The position numbers were made by a program, and so were the translations under genes. DNA of 64,000 nt. Origin: an uncultured virus (IMG/VR IMGVR_UViG_3300011912_000001) (Duplodnaviria; Heunggongvirae; Uroviricota; Caudoviricetes). The notes under the pieces are model-generated. The model had not been told where the DNA came from. It was given only the letters and a program-made list of their open reading frames with translations, and ran no database searches. Of the stretch, positions 20,446 through 31,940 are shown one piece after another. Within the stretch, counting starts at the first letter, position 1. The number at the start of each line of letters is the position of its first letter. The stretch is from the IMG/VR virus record IMGVR_UViG_3300011912_000001; one strand, given 5' to 3'.

Positions 20446-20898
20446 ATGGCATTTGAAAAAGAAGAGTTTCGGGATGGAGATAGTTCCTTTGAAGCTCCGA
20501 AATGGCGCAAGCTTGTAGAAAAACAACTACAAAAGAAAGAACACATTAGTTTTAAGAAACGAATGGAAGACCAGTTCTTCGTCAATGAAGATGAAGTCAG
20601 TATCAAACATCCTGAAACGGGTGCGGCGATTCGTTTGAAAGACAATGGTGACATTGAAATCGTCACCGGTGAAGGAAGCGGCATCCGATTAAGCAATAAG
20701 GGTGTCGATTTATTCGGAAAGAATCTGACGATGTCAGGGAGCCATTTGAACTTATACTTAAAAGAAAATGGTGTGGTCAAGAACAATAAGTCGGAAAGCG
20801 GATATGACTACGACCGCAAGAAAGGGTACCGCAAAACGACTCTTGAAGAAATGAAAAAACAAGGATTAAAAGGAAGAGGTCTTGATAATGCGAATTGA
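20446..20898 (+). CDS. Hypothetical protein, possible spike beta-helix portion
   Basis: 150 aa with RBS GAGG; short beta-repeat pattern GAAIRLKDNGDIEIVTG..GIRLS..GVDLFG. Confidence 0.5.
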   Translation: MAFEKEEFRDGDSSFEAPKWRKLVEKQLQKKEHISFKKRMEDQFFVNEDEVSIKHPETGAAIRLKDNGDIEIVTGEGSGIRLSNKGVDLFGKNLTMSGSHLNLYLKENGVVKNNKSESGYDYDRKKGYRKTTLEEMKKQGLKGRGLDNAN

Positions 20899-21391
20899 TT
20901 TTGGATTCTCAAAAGACGGCGACTTAATCTTAGGAGAACAAAAAACGAACACTGAAGGGGAACTGTTGTATCGAGACCCAGCACGACCGGGTGGATATAC
21001 GACAGAAGTGTCTGAGACAACGGTTCCGATTCGAGACATCGGGGTAGCGTTCGGAGTCGAGACGATTCAACAAATGATTTGGAACCGTCTTCGAACAGAA
21101 AACCCAGACTGGAGTCTTCATGATGGAGTCGGTGCAGACCTTAGTGATTTAATCGGAGAACTCAATACACGAGAGACGATGGAAATCGGACGGGCAAGCA
21201 TCATCAAAGCATTGACGTACGATGATGCCTTGAATGAAAACAATTTTGAAGTACGAGGTTTCCCGTATACACCAGAAAGTATTATGTACATGATTACTAT
21301 CAAAGAAGAAGGAAGGCAAGATATTCGCATCCCGCTCTTGTTCCATATGGAATTAGGACTGGTGGATGTCTATGAGGTGGAAGACGAATGA
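20888..21391 (+). CDS. Baseplate wedge protein, gp25/gp46-like
   Basis: DGDL..., QQMIWNRLRTE..DW.LH..VGADL..LIG pattern; directly upstream of baseplate J; ATG 20888 follows an AGAGG RBS. Confidence 0.7.
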   Translation: MRIDFGFSKDGDLILGEQKTNTEGELLYRDPARPGGYTTEVSETTVPIRDIGVAFGVETIQQMIWNRLRTENPDWSLHDGVGADLSDLIGELNTRETMEIGRASIIKALTYDDALNENNFEVRGFPYTPESIMYMITIKEEGRQDIRIPLLFHMELGLVDVYEVEDE

Positions 21392-22191
21392 TAATTAAAA
21401 CACAAAAAGAGATGATTGACCGCATTCTCAGTGAAGTCGAGAAGCGGATTGGGGTCAATGCGAGCGGCGCCGGGACCATCGTCCAGACGTTCACAGAAGT
21501 ACTCGTCGAAGACTTCTATGATTTCTATGAAGAATTGAACCTTGTCAATGCGATGGCGTTCCTATCAACGTCTGAAGGCGTCTACGTCGACTTGCTAGGA
21601 GATTTACTGAACTGTCCACGCCAAGCAGGAGAAGCCGACGGGACGTATAAACAGCGGATTCGTAACCAAGTGTATACGGTAGCAGGAGGAAACCTTGCGG
21701 CGATTCGACTGAAAGCATTGGCAGTCCCGGGTGTCTCTGATATTACGGTTGAAGAATTTACGAACGGACCGGGGTCGTTCACTTGCCATGTCTTCGGAAT
21801 GGTCGGACAACCTAGTGCTCAGTTAGTAGAAGCGGTACGGCAAGCCGTTGCCAATATCAAATCTTACGGGATTGAGATTGATGTACGCGCACCAAAAGAA
21901 ACGACAGTAGCGTTAGGTATCAACGTTGTATTCAAGGATGCGGCAGGAGCCAGCGAACGAGCATACATTCGAGATGCAGTCGGACGTAATGTTGCGACCT
22001 ATATCAATGGACTGGAAATGAACGAAACGCTTATCATCAATGAAGTCATTCAAGTGGTGATGGGAACGAATGATAAAATCTTAGATTGCGAACTGATTCG
22101 ACTCGACGTCAATGACCAAGAACGATTGATTAGCAATGTCATTCCGGGAGAAAACGAACGCTTCGTCGTCGCTACCGTGGAGGTGGGCTGA
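21388..22191 (+). CDS. Baseplate J-like protein (short form)
   Basis: FLSTSEGVYVDLLG..R..GEADGTYKQRI, GGNLAAI..ALAVPGV, GPGSF motifs; ATGA overlap with the previous gene. Confidence 0.8.
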   Translation: MIIKTQKEMIDRILSEVEKRIGVNASGAGTIVQTFTEVLVEDFYDFYEELNLVNAMAFLSTSEGVYVDLLGDLLNCPRQAGEADGTYKQRIRNQVYTVAGGNLAAIRLKALAVPGVSDITVEEFTNGPGSFTCHVFGMVGQPSAQLVEAVRQAVANIKSYGIEIDVRAPKETTVALGINVVFKDAAGASERAYIRDAVGRNVATYINGLEMNETLIINEVIQVVMGTNDKILDCELIRLDVNDQERLISNVIPGENERFVVATVEVG

Positions 22192-23777
22192 TGGTTACTC
22201 AACATACGAAGAACATGATGGCGTTATTGCCACAATGGATGAAGATGGCACGAGACGAAGAATCGGTCGGTGCCCAGTTCCTTGATTGCTTTGGGATTGA
22301 ATACGAAGACGTCCAGCAAATGTTAACGGACTTCCAAAACAATTTCTTCATCGGGACAGCAAATGTCGACTTGATTGATATCGTCTTTAAGATTCCTGTT
22401 GCGAATGAAAACTTATTCAACTTAGATGGATTCACAGAAGTACAGATTGAACAAGATGGACGAATGATTCCAGTCTTGAACGCTGTGAACTTACGTCACT
22501 TCTACGACCGGTTCTCTGAACCGATGTTCTTGGTCGATGCAGAAGAAGGGTTCGTCTACTTACGATTAAACTTAGATACGATTAAAGACTTGGATTATGC
22601 GTTTACGAGTGCGACCATCAACGGAACCAAACATTTTGAATACTTGATTCATCATATCTGGAATCCATTCGATGAATTCGGATACTTACTAGGTGTGGAA
22701 CGCTTATATAAGGAACGCAATGCTTCCTTGAAAGAACGTATCCTAGATGTTTTCCGTAATCCAGCGAACTCAACAAAACAAGGATTACTCAATGGACTAG
22801 CACGAGAGTTTGGTGTCAGTAAAGAATTGATTGAACTCAATGACTTCCAAGAGTATGCCTTCCGGGAGACGTTGTTCACAGCAAACGGTGAACCAACATC
22901 CTTGCTTGTATCCTACGCCAAACGAATTAACGAAGAGATGGCATTTACATGGGATAGTATGAACTACGGAAACGTCAAATGGAAATCAATTGAAAACGGA
23001 AACATCGGACTCAAATTCTTACCGCACTTATGGGATGCTCATTTAGAAATGTTCAGCAAAGAAGATTACCAAAGTGGTATCGGTGACCTTGACGATTTAA
23101 AAGTTTACAAACCTATCCTTGAGGCGACGACGCGTCCGTTTAAAGCCTATGTCGGACTCAAAGGATATGTCGAAGCCGAAGAGAATGTCTTCCCAGAGAT
23201 TGAATTCAAATACAAGATTTATGCTAAAGGGAAAGTGTTGAATGAAGCGTATCCAGTGGAAACGTATCGCTATACGATTAAAGCAAGTGAAATCGTAAAC
23301 TTGAAATATAAGATTGAAGGACTCCAGCGGTATAACTACTGGACGGATTTAAACTTCAGTCAGCAAAGCCGTTATGAATTCAAAGGCATCCCAACAAGCG
23401 TCTTGTCTACAGATGTGTTACATATCCCAACGAACAAACAAGTTCAAATTAAAGCCTACTTGGAAACGACGAACAAATCGGCATCTCCTCGTTTAGAAAC
23501 GTTGACTGTCAAATGGAAAGATACGACGGACACGGAACGAACGCTGGTATTTGATAGCTTAGAAGATTTTACACAAAACAATACACGAGTGACAACAGAA
23601 CTTGTCGACGCGTTCGTTACCAATGATGGTGCCGTCGAGCTAGGCTTTGGAGACTTCTATAGCATGACCGATAGTCGAGGGGCATGGGAAGAAGCGTATT
23701 ACGAAGGGGTCATTTCCAATGGCGTCGAGATTTTAGAAGAAGGAAGTTTGACGTTACGACTTCCAAAAGCAGACTGA
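22191..23777 (+). CDS. Baseplate wedge/structural protein
   Basis: 528 aa coupled to baseplate J. LLPQW near the N-terminus and FDEFGYLLGVERL..E.N..LKERI resemble gpI/gp7-like wedge motifs. Confidence 0.6.
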   Translation: MVTQHTKNMMALLPQWMKMARDEESVGAQFLDCFGIEYEDVQQMLTDFQNNFFIGTANVDLIDIVFKIPVANENLFNLDGFTEVQIEQDGRMIPVLNAVNLRHFYDRFSEPMFLVDAEEGFVYLRLNLDTIKDLDYAFTSATINGTKHFEYLIHHIWNPFDEFGYLLGVERLYKERNASLKERILDVFRNPANSTKQGLLNGLAREFGVSKELIELNDFQEYAFRETLFTANGEPTSLLVSYAKRINEEMAFTWDSMNYGNVKWKSIENGNIGLKFLPHLWDAHLEMFSKEDYQSGIGDLDDLKVYKPILEATTRPFKAYVGLKGYVEAEENVFPEIEFKYKIYAKGKVLNEAYPVETYRYTIKASEIVNLKYKIEGLQRYNYWTDLNFSQQSRYEFKGIPTSVLSTDVLHIPTNKQVQIKAYLETTNKSASPRLETLTVKWKDTTDTERTLVFDSLEDFTQNNTRVTTELVDAFVTNDGAVELGFGDFYSMTDSRGAWEEAYYEGVISNGVEILEEGSLTLRLPKAD

Positions 23778-23790
23778 GGAGGAACAATAA

Positions 23791-24879
23791 ATGGCACGTA
23801 GTGAAGCAAACAAAGTCGGCAACCCAATTTATTCGGATTTGCCAATGACTTCGTACCCTGCTTATAAAGATGCAGGGGCAACCAATGAAACAACAAAAGA
23901 CAAATTGAATCCGAACATGAAAGGTTGGATTAACGTCGGGGATGGTATCCCGGATTATGTCATGGCGGAACACGTCAATGCCCTGATTGATAGTGTACGG
24001 GCTCTGCAACGAGCAGTCGGAATTGAACCGATGGTGCCGTATGATGTCAGCGGCATGACTGCTGAACAAATCAGTGCCATCAAACAAACGAAAACGGTCA
24101 AGACACGGATGGATGATTTGGAACGTCGGAACTTTGATGAACGTTATGGTGGACCGGATTGGACACCAACCGCTGACCGCACGCTCTCTTTTCATTACCA
24201 CAATGGGGAAGCAGGACGTCCTTCGAAGATTCAATTATCAGGGTCAGCAGAAGTTCAAGGGAAGCTAGAAGTAGTGAACTTGAACTTAAATGCCTCAACG
24301 GGTGTGACCGGTGCAGACATCTACTTAAGCAAAGGAAACACGACAAAGATTTCAGATGCGTTAGGCGATATGTTATCGAAAACCAACGGAGGAACGGTAT
24401 CGAGCAAAGTCATCTTCCGGGATGCGGTCGATACGATGTTGACACGAGAATTTCGTAACTCTGATTTCTCTGGGAATTCTGTCGTCGATTCACAAACATT
24501 CAGTGGGACACGCAAAGAATCAGACGGGACAGCGAAAACAACGATGTTGTCTTCGACGCTTTCAAATCTTCAGTATGGAAAGTACATCCTAGGAGTACGA
24601 GCAAAACTTGTCAGTGGAAACACCGACGCAACGATTCTGATGAAACTAAGAGTCAATGCTCAAACGAATGATGCGCTGGATACGACAGATATTATCGGCG
24701 CGGACTTCGATGAAGTTGGAAAGTGGCAAATGTTTTATCTGGTCTTTAACCATGAACCGGCAACAACAGCAAAAACAGGACAAGTCGTCATCGAGAAAAT
24801 GGCAACGACCGTCAGCAATGTCATCGCCATCGACCATGCGTATATTGTTCCTGCTCACCCTGCTGTATTTGACCGATAA
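23791..24879 (+). CDS. Putative tail fibre/baseplate structural protein
   Basis: 362 aa with RBS GAGGAGG. YVMAEHVNAL motif is shared with the 39009 protein; beta-rich C-terminus. Confidence 0.55.
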   Translation: MARSEANKVGNPIYSDLPMTSYPAYKDAGATNETTKDKLNPNMKGWINVGDGIPDYVMAEHVNALIDSVRALQRAVGIEPMVPYDVSGMTAEQISAIKQTKTVKTRMDDLERRNFDERYGGPDWTPTADRTLSFHYHNGEAGRPSKIQLSGSAEVQGKLEVVNLNLNASTGVTGADIYLSKGNTTKISDALGDMLSKTNGGTVSSKVIFRDAVDTMLTREFRNSDFSGNSVVDSQTFSGTRKESDGTAKTTMLSSTLSNLQYGKYILGVRAKLVSGNTDATILMKLRVNAQTNDALDTTDIIGADFDEVGKWQMFYLVFNHEPATTAKTGQVVIEKMATTVSNVIAIDHAYIVPAHPAVFDR

Positions 24880-24894
24880 GAAGGAGGAGTACAA

Positions 24895-27090
24895 ATGGCC
24901 GCAATACGTCCAGAAGGACTATCTCCGGCATTCAATAGTTTAGTGAGTCCGTATATCCCGGACTCCCTTGACTTTGAATGGGAGTTTCGTAAAGAAGATA
25001 GAGGCGACTACCAAACTAAAGCACAAGCTTATTGGTATGACATGGAAGATGAAGAGAATCCTGTCTTACTGAAAAGCTATACGCTCAATGGCAGTTTAGA
25101 CCGGATTCACTATAATTTAGCAGGGCTGAATCTCACAAACGGTGCGAGGTATGCATGGCGTGTCAAAACAACAAACCAGCTCAACCAAGTGAGTGAACTG
25201 TCTGAAATGTCTTATTTTACTTACAACGACATTGAAACGAAAGACCTTATGAGCTGGGAGACGACGGTGACGCCGGGGTCAGCAGTCCGCCGGGGCGACG
25301 TCTTCGAAGAAATCAAAAGTAACTTAGCCGAAATCATAGATGACTATGTCGGACAAGGAGTCGAAGATGAAGGGCCTTATCTCGATAAGACGATGGATTT
25401 GTTCACAGGGGATATCGTTCCGTCACGAAGAGACTTCAATAGTCTTCGAGACATCATCAATTTCATTGCAACCAAAAAAGAAATCATGTCTCCCTTTGAT
25501 GTCATCGGTCCATTTAAAGATGGATTAGGAGCACGTGACATCGACATCATCAAAGGGTTCTTATATAGCATTCAGATGCAACCCCCACAAGCTCCACGCA
25601 ATGTTTCCCTTTCACTTGATTTGCCGACGATGTATGACGTCAGTGATATTGGCGGGAGCACGACTGGCGTTGGAGATACGACGATTGAAGTCCAGTGGGA
25701 TGTCGAAGAATATCCATTAACAGAAGGAAAAGTCAACTTTACGGCGTTATCGAAATCAGAAGACATTGCTTACTATAAAGTGGATTTCAATTACGGAGTC
25801 AATGGTAGTGGAATTAAACATGTCATCTACTATCGTCCTGAAGATTTAGCGAATATGGGTAACGGATTCACGTTCTCGACGAACTGGGAACGAATTTTTA
25901 CTGCCAGTAACTTGAATAGTGCGAAACATAAGGTTACGGTCAATGCAGTAGACAAGCGCGGGAACATGTCACTTCCATATGAAACCTTTAAGACCTATGG
26001 GAATGCCTTTAAGATTCCTCTTGGTCTTTCAGGATATAACATGGAATATCAAAAGGATACGGACCCGTCGACTAAATGGTATTCCGTTAATGGGATTAGC
26101 TTGTTTACTAAGAATACGTACAAACATAATCTAGGACAAAACAAGTTCAAAGTGCGTTACCGCATTCGGACGGTGGACAAAACAGGTTTGCTAGGGAAAT
26201 GGGTGCTCAGTAGCTGGATTGATTTCAAAGGATTGATTCCGCCGGGCCCACCGAAAAACCTCAAATATACGTCAACCTACAAAGACTTTACGGTCACGTG
26301 GCAAGCGGGACTTTATGCGACGTCCTATGAATTAAAAGTCGATGATAGCGGGGTCAAAACAGAAAAAGATTTAAGTTACAAATCCGTTGATAAAAAAGCG
26401 AATACCTATTATACGTTTTACGTTCGTTCTGTAAACGCTGTTGGAAAGAGTGCCTATGTTTCCATCAAAGTAAAAACAAAGCTTCCTCCGACGGCTGTGA
26501 AGACGTACGGCGTCAGTCGGAATGGTCAGAGTTGGCGAATGGATTATCGAAGCTATAATGGAATTGTTCCAAACTCTTCAGGATGGCGAAAAGAAACGAC
26601 CGACGTCATTCAAGGACGCTGGGAATATGCAACGAATACGTACGACGACTGGGACATGGATGGACGAGATGAACGAGTTTATGCGGGCATGCATAATGGA
26701 AACCACAGAGGACTTTGGTTCTTGGATTACGCTGATATTCGAAAAGACTTAGCAGGAAAGAAAATCAAGAGTGTTCAAGTTTTCATCCGACGAGAAAGTT
26801 CGCAACATGGATATGCAAAAGATGCGACACCGCTTTATCTTTGGTTGCATAACTATGCTTCACCACCATCAGGTTCTCCGACGTTGTTTAATGAATACAA
26901 TAGTAAAATCAAGTTTGACCGGGGAGAAGGCAAATGGATTACGATACCGAATGCGTTCATTGAAAAGATTGTCAATGGAACAGCACGGGGATTTGCGCTC
27001 CATAAGAAAACGGTCGGGGTCAAAAATGACTTGAGTTACCAACGTTTTGATACAAAGATTCAAGTAAAAGTCACATATTATAACTATTAA
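24895..27090 (+). CDS. Fibronectin type III-containing structural/receptor-binding protein
   Basis: PPGPPKNL..FTVTW..SYEL..YTFYVRSVNAVGKS is an FN3 signature, with further FN3-like repeats; RBS AAGGAGG. Confidence 0.7.
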   Translation: MAAIRPEGLSPAFNSLVSPYIPDSLDFEWEFRKEDRGDYQTKAQAYWYDMEDEENPVLLKSYTLNGSLDRIHYNLAGLNLTNGARYAWRVKTTNQLNQVSELSEMSYFTYNDIETKDLMSWETTVTPGSAVRRGDVFEEIKSNLAEIIDDYVGQGVEDEGPYLDKTMDLFTGDIVPSRRDFNSLRDIINFIATKKEIMSPFDVIGPFKDGLGARDIDIIKGFLYSIQMQPPQAPRNVSLSLDLPTMYDVSDIGGSTTGVGDTTIEVQWDVEEYPLTEGKVNFTALSKSEDIAYYKVDFNYGVNGSGIKHVIYYRPEDLANMGNGFTFSTNWERIFTASNLNSAKHKVTVNAVDKRGNMSLPYETFKTYGNAFKIPLGLSGYNMEYQKDTDPSTKWYSVNGISLFTKNTYKHNLGQNKFKVRYRIRTVDKTGLLGKWVLSSWIDFKGLIPPGPPKNLKYTSTYKDFTVTWQAGLYATSYELKVDDSGVKTEKDLSYKSVDKKANTYYTFYVRSVNAVGKSAYVSIKVKTKLPPTAVKTYGVSRNGQSWRMDYRSYNGIVPNSSGWRKETTDVIQGRWEYATNTYDDWDMDGRDERVYAGMHNGNHRGLWFLDYADIRKDLAGKKIKSVQVFIRRESSQHGYAKDATPLYLWLHNYASPPSGSPTLFNEYNSKIKFDRGEGKWITIPNAFIEKIVNGTARGFALHKKTVGVKNDLSYQRFDTKIQVKVTYYNY

Positions 27091-27102
27091 AGAGGTGAGA
27101 AA

Positions 27103-30100
27103 ATGGCTCAGTATGGGAAGAACTTTTATGGTAGCAGTTACTACGGAGCAACAACTGCCTTCTCTTCAACCTACACATCAAAGATTTTTGATGCAGAGGA
27201 ACCGTTTACTGGGCCAATTTCTATCGAGTTGAGTGGGCAAAAACCTATCCGTAAATATGGACGGGCAGACAAAGAAGTTCAACCCAATGGAAATTGGACC
27301 GGCACAACCGATTACCGTACGACAGATATCGGAGCAGAACTCGTCATGCGACTATCTGCTTCTGATGTGCGTATGGTGTATAAAACACAAACAGCAGGAG
27401 ACCAGTTCATCGAGATGAAAGTCTTGAAAGCCGATGGTAGTGTCTTGTTCCAACAAAACGTCAATACACTAGGCTCTGGGGTCGATGCCAGTTTCGGGAC
27501 AAGTTTCCCTTATCAAGAAGTCACGGTGACTATCAAGACGATTTCAACGACAGGGACGACCCCTTTCATCGTTCGTTGGTTCAATAACATCGTGACGGAC
27601 TTTACATTCGAGGTTGGATTCGGAAGTACGAAAACGAACATCGCTTTCCAACCAGTGACATTGACGCAAACAAGTAACCTGTATCGTGGACAAAGCACGA
27701 CGGTCGCAAACAAACGTTATGTTCAATTTAAAGTACATATGGCGTCATCCGATGATGGGGTTACGCCGATTATCGAGTATGTCAAAATGAGTTCGTTGGA
27801 TACGACATCCCGTGCAAGTGATGGGTATTGGTTAGCATCCATTAACATGGAGAATGTTGCACAAGCGGCAGGAGTCACCTTCTCGAAAGTGACATCCTTT
27901 GATTGGACAGAAATAAAACCAGCAGGAACAGAGATTGGACTTCGGTCCCGGGGAGCGGCAACAGCGGGTTCTACGAACTTAGGTCCAGAGACAGCACTTT
28001 ACCGTAAAGGATATACCCGTCTTCGTTTACCGGATGACCGCACAGAAGCGTATGTCGTCACGAAAAAACCGATTGACCCACGGGAGTTCTTAGGCAATCA
28101 GTTCAACGTAATCAAAGAATGGCTGAGGGTCGAAAGTATCTTGTCGATGCCACCAGATGAAGTCGGGCAAGAGATTGAATTTGAATTCTATGATGTGTAT
28201 CCAGATGAAGCGAATGCAGGGATTGTACCTGTCGCTACCGTGAATCCATACAGTGAAGATGTCAGTCGGGTGATGAGCTTATTCAATGGAAAAACAAATA
28301 AATTGTTTTATCTCGTCATTCGATTAAAACGATTAAGTACGAAGGCGACACCAGTTGTCGACTGGGTACGCTTATCAAGTGCGATGGAGTTCCGTCAAAT
28401 CGTCTCGCGCACAACGGATAATTTATCAGCTGTCGATAACGGAAACGGCACAAAAGAATTATGGAAGTTAAACGGAAACGAATTTAGCTGGCCTTCGAAC
28501 ACGAACGGGAACGCCGCTAACCAAACGTTACTTTCTTCTGCTAGTAAGGGATTACAAGTCATTGATGAAACAGGACAAGTGGGAGTAAGTCTTTACTTCA
28601 AGAGCAAAGCAGGAGCAACGCAACAACGAAATGTCTCAACAAGTTTAACGGATACGGTTGTTGGACGAGCGATAGCAACAGATGCTCCTGCTTCTTCCGT
28701 CAGCGTCGACCCGAAGAAACTTTATTTGCATTATCACTATAACGGAAGCACTGTTCAGTATCTTATTAAAGATGAACATGAGATGGGTTCCGATTACACG
28801 CCTAGCTTATTAACAAGTAAGAATTACCGGTATGTCATTCAAAATGGATGGCCGGAGAATCGGATTCGTATCAGTGAACCGTTAACATGGACGGAGTTGG
28901 CGGAACAACTCAATGTCGATGAATCAAAACTGAAGACGTTAAACCCAAATAAATTGGTTTACGAAGGTAAGCTTGTTGTTGGACAAGAAATCATTGAGCC
29001 GAATGAAAGCTTAAACAGTCGGGTCGTTGTTAGTTTCAAAGAAAAAGGAAGCGTGACGGACGTCAGTGCCCATAACGATAATGGGACTTCAACAGTTGTT
29101 GGAGAACTAATTGATGGGAACTATGGATTCACGGAGTGGGTATCAGAAGAAAAGATTTACACAGGATACTTAAACTTGAACGATATTCGAGAAATGTATG
29201 TACGACAACAACCGAACGGCGCCTTAACCGTCTCTGAATCAGAGTACCGGGTTGCGACCGGGGATACATACGAAAAGATTGCGAAAATCAAGAAAGTTCA
29301 TCCGACAGACTTACGGAAATACAACCAAGATAAAGAGTTGGTAGTCGGACAAATGATTCGAGTTCCTTCTCCGCTGACATTACCGTTCTTAGCACCGAAC
29401 GTATTGTTCCAAGATGTAGACGGTATGACGAACGTGAAACCTTATGAAATTGCCATCATCGAAAACTCTGTGAAAAAGAAAGACGGAACGATTCTGGATG
29501 AATCGATTATCATTCCTCCGGGTGGGGGAAGACTTCCACTTGATTATACGATGGTCGAATCTGCCCCAGTCGCTGTCAAAATCACGAGAGGAAACGTTGC
29601 CAACGGACGAGACCTTTTACAACACAAGAACGTCCGCCGGGTCATCTCGATAAAAGACAGTAACAATATCAGCTATGCGCCGTACACAGAGATTGGTGGA
29701 ATTAAAACAGGAGACTTCGTTCTTGATGGGAACTATATCTGGTGGAAGGGACAACAACAGTCTTCGAAAGAACCAGCGGCATCCGTCGAATACACGGTCA
29801 CGTACACCTACGATGATATCAAAGACGTTATCATCACACTGGATTCCCGTTATAAGGAAAAAGCAGGATATGATGTCTTATGGCGTTCACCAGAAGTCAA
29901 AGAGTATGAGGGTGTCGCTTCTCCACTTAATGATTTCAAAGTGAAGATTGCGCCACCGACAGAATTCGAAGGTTTCAATGAAAGTATAGCGGACGCGGGA
30001 TACGTCGTCGAAGACACAGACCTTTGGGTCAAGACTTACGTCGTCGAAGAACCAGATGGGTTCTACTTAGTCGGAACACTAGATGGCGAAGACCCAAGTA

Positions 30101-30417
30101 AGAACTGGTATCCACAAATTAAGTCAGGATACTATTACCTTCGAGACCAAGAATACTATATGTATGCGGAACCGATTGAGAACAAGTTTGCAAAAGAAGA
30201 TGTCCCGCTGGCAAAGAATGCAGTAACCGCTGACGGCAAACTCTACTTACAAAAAGATACAACGAATTACTTTACGAACAGCACGATGACTACTAAAGAA
30301 AAGAAACGCATCTATTCTTTTATGGGTGAGGCATCTCTGACGTGGGACCAAATTGATGCCCAACAAAAAACATGGGACCAAATTGATGCAGAAGGAAAAA
30401 CATGGGGAGAGCTATAA
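27103..30417 (+). CDS. Large structural protein with LysM domain(s)
   Basis: YRVATGDTYEKIAK..L.KYN..LVVGQMIRVP (~29244-29367) is a LysM; a degenerate second copy lies at ~28880-28995; C-terminal TWDQID repeats. Confidence 0.7.
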   Translation: MAQYGKNFYGSSYYGATTAFSSTYTSKIFDAEEPFTGPISIELSGQKPIRKYGRADKEVQPNGNWTGTTDYRTTDIGAELVMRLSASDVRMVYKTQTAGDQFIEMKVLKADGSVLFQQNVNTLGSGVDASFGTSFPYQEVTVTIKTISTTGTTPFIVRWFNNIVTDFTFEVGFGSTKTNIAFQPVTLTQTSNLYRGQSTTVANKRYVQFKVHMASSDDGVTPIIEYVKMSSLDTTSRASDGYWLASINMENVAQAAGVTFSKVTSFDWTEIKPAGTEIGLRSRGAATAGSTNLGPETALYRKGYTRLRLPDDRTEAYVVTKKPIDPREFLGNQFNVIKEWLRVESILSMPPDEVGQEIEFEFYDVYPDEANAGIVPVATVNPYSEDVSRVMSLFNGKTNKLFYLVIRLKRLSTKATPVVDWVRLSSAMEFRQIVSRTTDNLSAVDNGNGTKELWKLNGNEFSWPSNTNGNAANQTLLSSASKGLQVIDETGQVGVSLYFKSKAGATQQRNVSTSLTDTVVGRAIATDAPASSVSVDPKKLYLHYHYNGSTVQYLIKDEHEMGSDYTPSLLTSKNYRYVIQNGWPENRIRISEPLTWTELAEQLNVDESKLKTLNPNKLVYEGKLVVGQEIIEPNESLNSRVVVSFKEKGSVTDVSAHNDNGTSTVVGELIDGNYGFTEWVSEEKIYTGYLNLNDIREMYVRQQPNGALTVSESEYRVATGDTYEKIAKIKKVHPTDLRKYNQDKELVVGQMIRVPSPLTLPFLAPNVLFQDVDGMTNVKPYEIAIIENSVKKKDGTILDESIIIPPGGGRLPLDYTMVESAPVAVKITRGNVANGRDLLQHKNVRRVISIKDSNNISYAPYTEIGGIKTGDFVLDGNYIWWKGQQQSSKEPAASVEYTVTYTYDDIKDVIITLDSRYKEKAGYDVLWRSPEVKEYEGVASPLNDFKVKIAPPTEFEGFNESIADAGYVVEDTDLWVKTYVVEEPDGFYLVGTLDGEDPSKNWYPQIKSGYYYLRDQEYYMYAEPIENKFAKEDVPLAKNAVTADGKLYLQKDTTNYFTNSTMTTKEKKRIYSFMGEASLTWDQIDAQQKTWDQIDAEGKTWGEL

Positions 30418-30440
30418 GCTCTTCCTTTTAAGGAGTCTGA

Positions 30441-31940
30441 ATGATGAAGTATACATTAAAACGCAATATCCCTTATCCAGATGGAACAGACAGATTCACA
30501 CGTGCCAGTTACACGCAACTTGTGACAGCGCTTGACGATATCATTGATGATGGTATCAAAAACATTGCGTTAACACCCGGTCCTGAAGGTCCTCGTGGGT
30601 TGCAAGGCATTCAAGGTCCTGTCGGCCCTACAGGAGCAACAGGTCCTAAGGGCGATACTGGAGCGCAAGGCATTCAAGGGGTTAAAGGGGATACGGGAGC
30701 ACAGGGTCCTCAAGGTATTCAGGGGATTCAGGGGATTCAAGGTCCTGCTGGTCCACAAGGAAATCCCGGTATCGACAACTCTGGTCTTTTAAAAGAACTA
30801 GCACGCAAATATAAAAAAGGAAATATCATTGATACATTCCGTCAAGCAGATTGGGCGACGATGCTTGGGACAGTGACCGTCGATACAACAAACGTCATCA
30901 ACGGAACAAGCTCGCTTCGTCTTCAATCGTCAACAGCAGGGGAGCAACCGTTCATTCGGTCTTCGCGCCGATTCAAGTTACAAGGGACGACAAACATCGT
31001 CATGAATGTCTATCTTGCTTCAGAGCCAGATACAATTGATGGAGTCGCCCTATTCCTTTCCAACGATACAGGATTTACAAACATGCTCACCTATACCTTC
31101 CCGGGGATTAGCATGGTCAAAGGGTGGAACCGACTCGTCATTCCCGTGAACCGAATGACGGTTGCAGGAACAGGGTCGGTCGCAACCGACTTCCAACGAA
31201 TGCAAATACGGGGGATTCCAATGTCTGGACAGTTGATTGATGTCACGATTGATAGTGTACTCGTGGATACAAAACAACAAGCGAACGTCATCTTCACGTT
31301 CGATGACCAATGGGATACGCAATATTCGGTCGCCTTCGCTGAGATGCGGATGCGTGGTCTCAAAGGTACGATTGGAGTCAACGGGATTAATGTCGGAGTC
31401 GCCAACTACATGAGCTGGGCGCAACTCGAAGAAGTCTATGGATATGGCTGGGACCTCGTCAATCACACGAACGAACACTACAATCTTGGACAACAAACCT
31501 ATGCAGTGCAAAAGAAAGACATCGTCGATGGTCGCGCGGCATTGAATGCGAAAGGATTCACACGGGCTTCGAACATTTTATTCTTACCATATGGTAGCTG
31601 GAATGATACGACGCTTCAAATCCTAACAGAAGAAAACATCACATACTGTCGGACAATTCGAGAACATATCGAGACCGCACCTCCCGTCTATAACAACCGA
31701 CTGAAAATCAAGAACCTGCTTCCAGCGGTCACAGCGGCGGCGGCACAAGCGCTCGTTGATGATGCGATTGCTATCGGCGGAACCGTCATCTTCCTCAATC
31801 ACCGACTGGGAACAGAAGATGCGTCGAACATGTTCTGGGACATCACGAAGTTCCAAACACTTTTGAACTACGTCAAAACGAAACAAGTATCAGGGGAAGT
31901 CAATGTATTGACGATGTCTGAGTGGACACAAACATTCTAA
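30441..31940 (+). CDS. Collagen-like fibre protein with C-terminal NodB/CE4 polysaccharide deacetylase domain
   Basis: About 22 G-X-Y triplets, then the CE4 motifs FTFDD, NHTNEH, LPYG and IFLNH. Confidence 0.85.
   Translation: MMKYTLKRNIPYPDGTDRFTRASYTQLVTALDDIIDDGIKNIALTPGPEGPRGLQGIQGPVGPTGATGPKGDTGAQGIQGVKGDTGAQGPQGIQGIQGIQGPAGPQGNPGIDNSGLLKELARKYKKGNIIDTFRQADWATMLGTVTVDTTNVINGTSSLRLQSSTAGEQPFIRSSRRFKLQGTTNIVMNVYLASEPDTIDGVALFLSNDTGFTNMLTYTFPGISMVKGWNRLVIPVNRMTVAGTGSVATDFQRMQIRGIPMSGQLIDVTIDSVLVDTKQQANVIFTFDDQWDTQYSVAFAEMRMRGLKGTIGVNGINVGVANYMSWAQLEEVYGYGWDLVNHTNEHYNLGQQTYAVQKKDIVDGRAALNAKGFTRASNILFLPYGSWNDTTLQILTEENITYCRTIREHIETAPPVYNNRLKIKNLLPAVTAAAAQALVDDAIAIGGTVIFLNHRLGTEDASNMFWDITKFQTLLNYVKTKQVSGEVNVLTMSEWTQTF
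30579..30776 (+). repeat. Collagen-like Gly-X-Y coding repeat
   Basis: [12 protein letters not shown] ... GPQ GNP GID with 9-nt periodicity. Confidence 0.9.

Noticed and set aside
20073..23777. Bacterial eCIS/T6SS/tailocin locus rather than phage
   Set aside because: An intron with homing endonuclease, apparent restriction-site avoidance and a polymerase gene fit a replicating phage better, although capsid genes are outside the window so this is not proven
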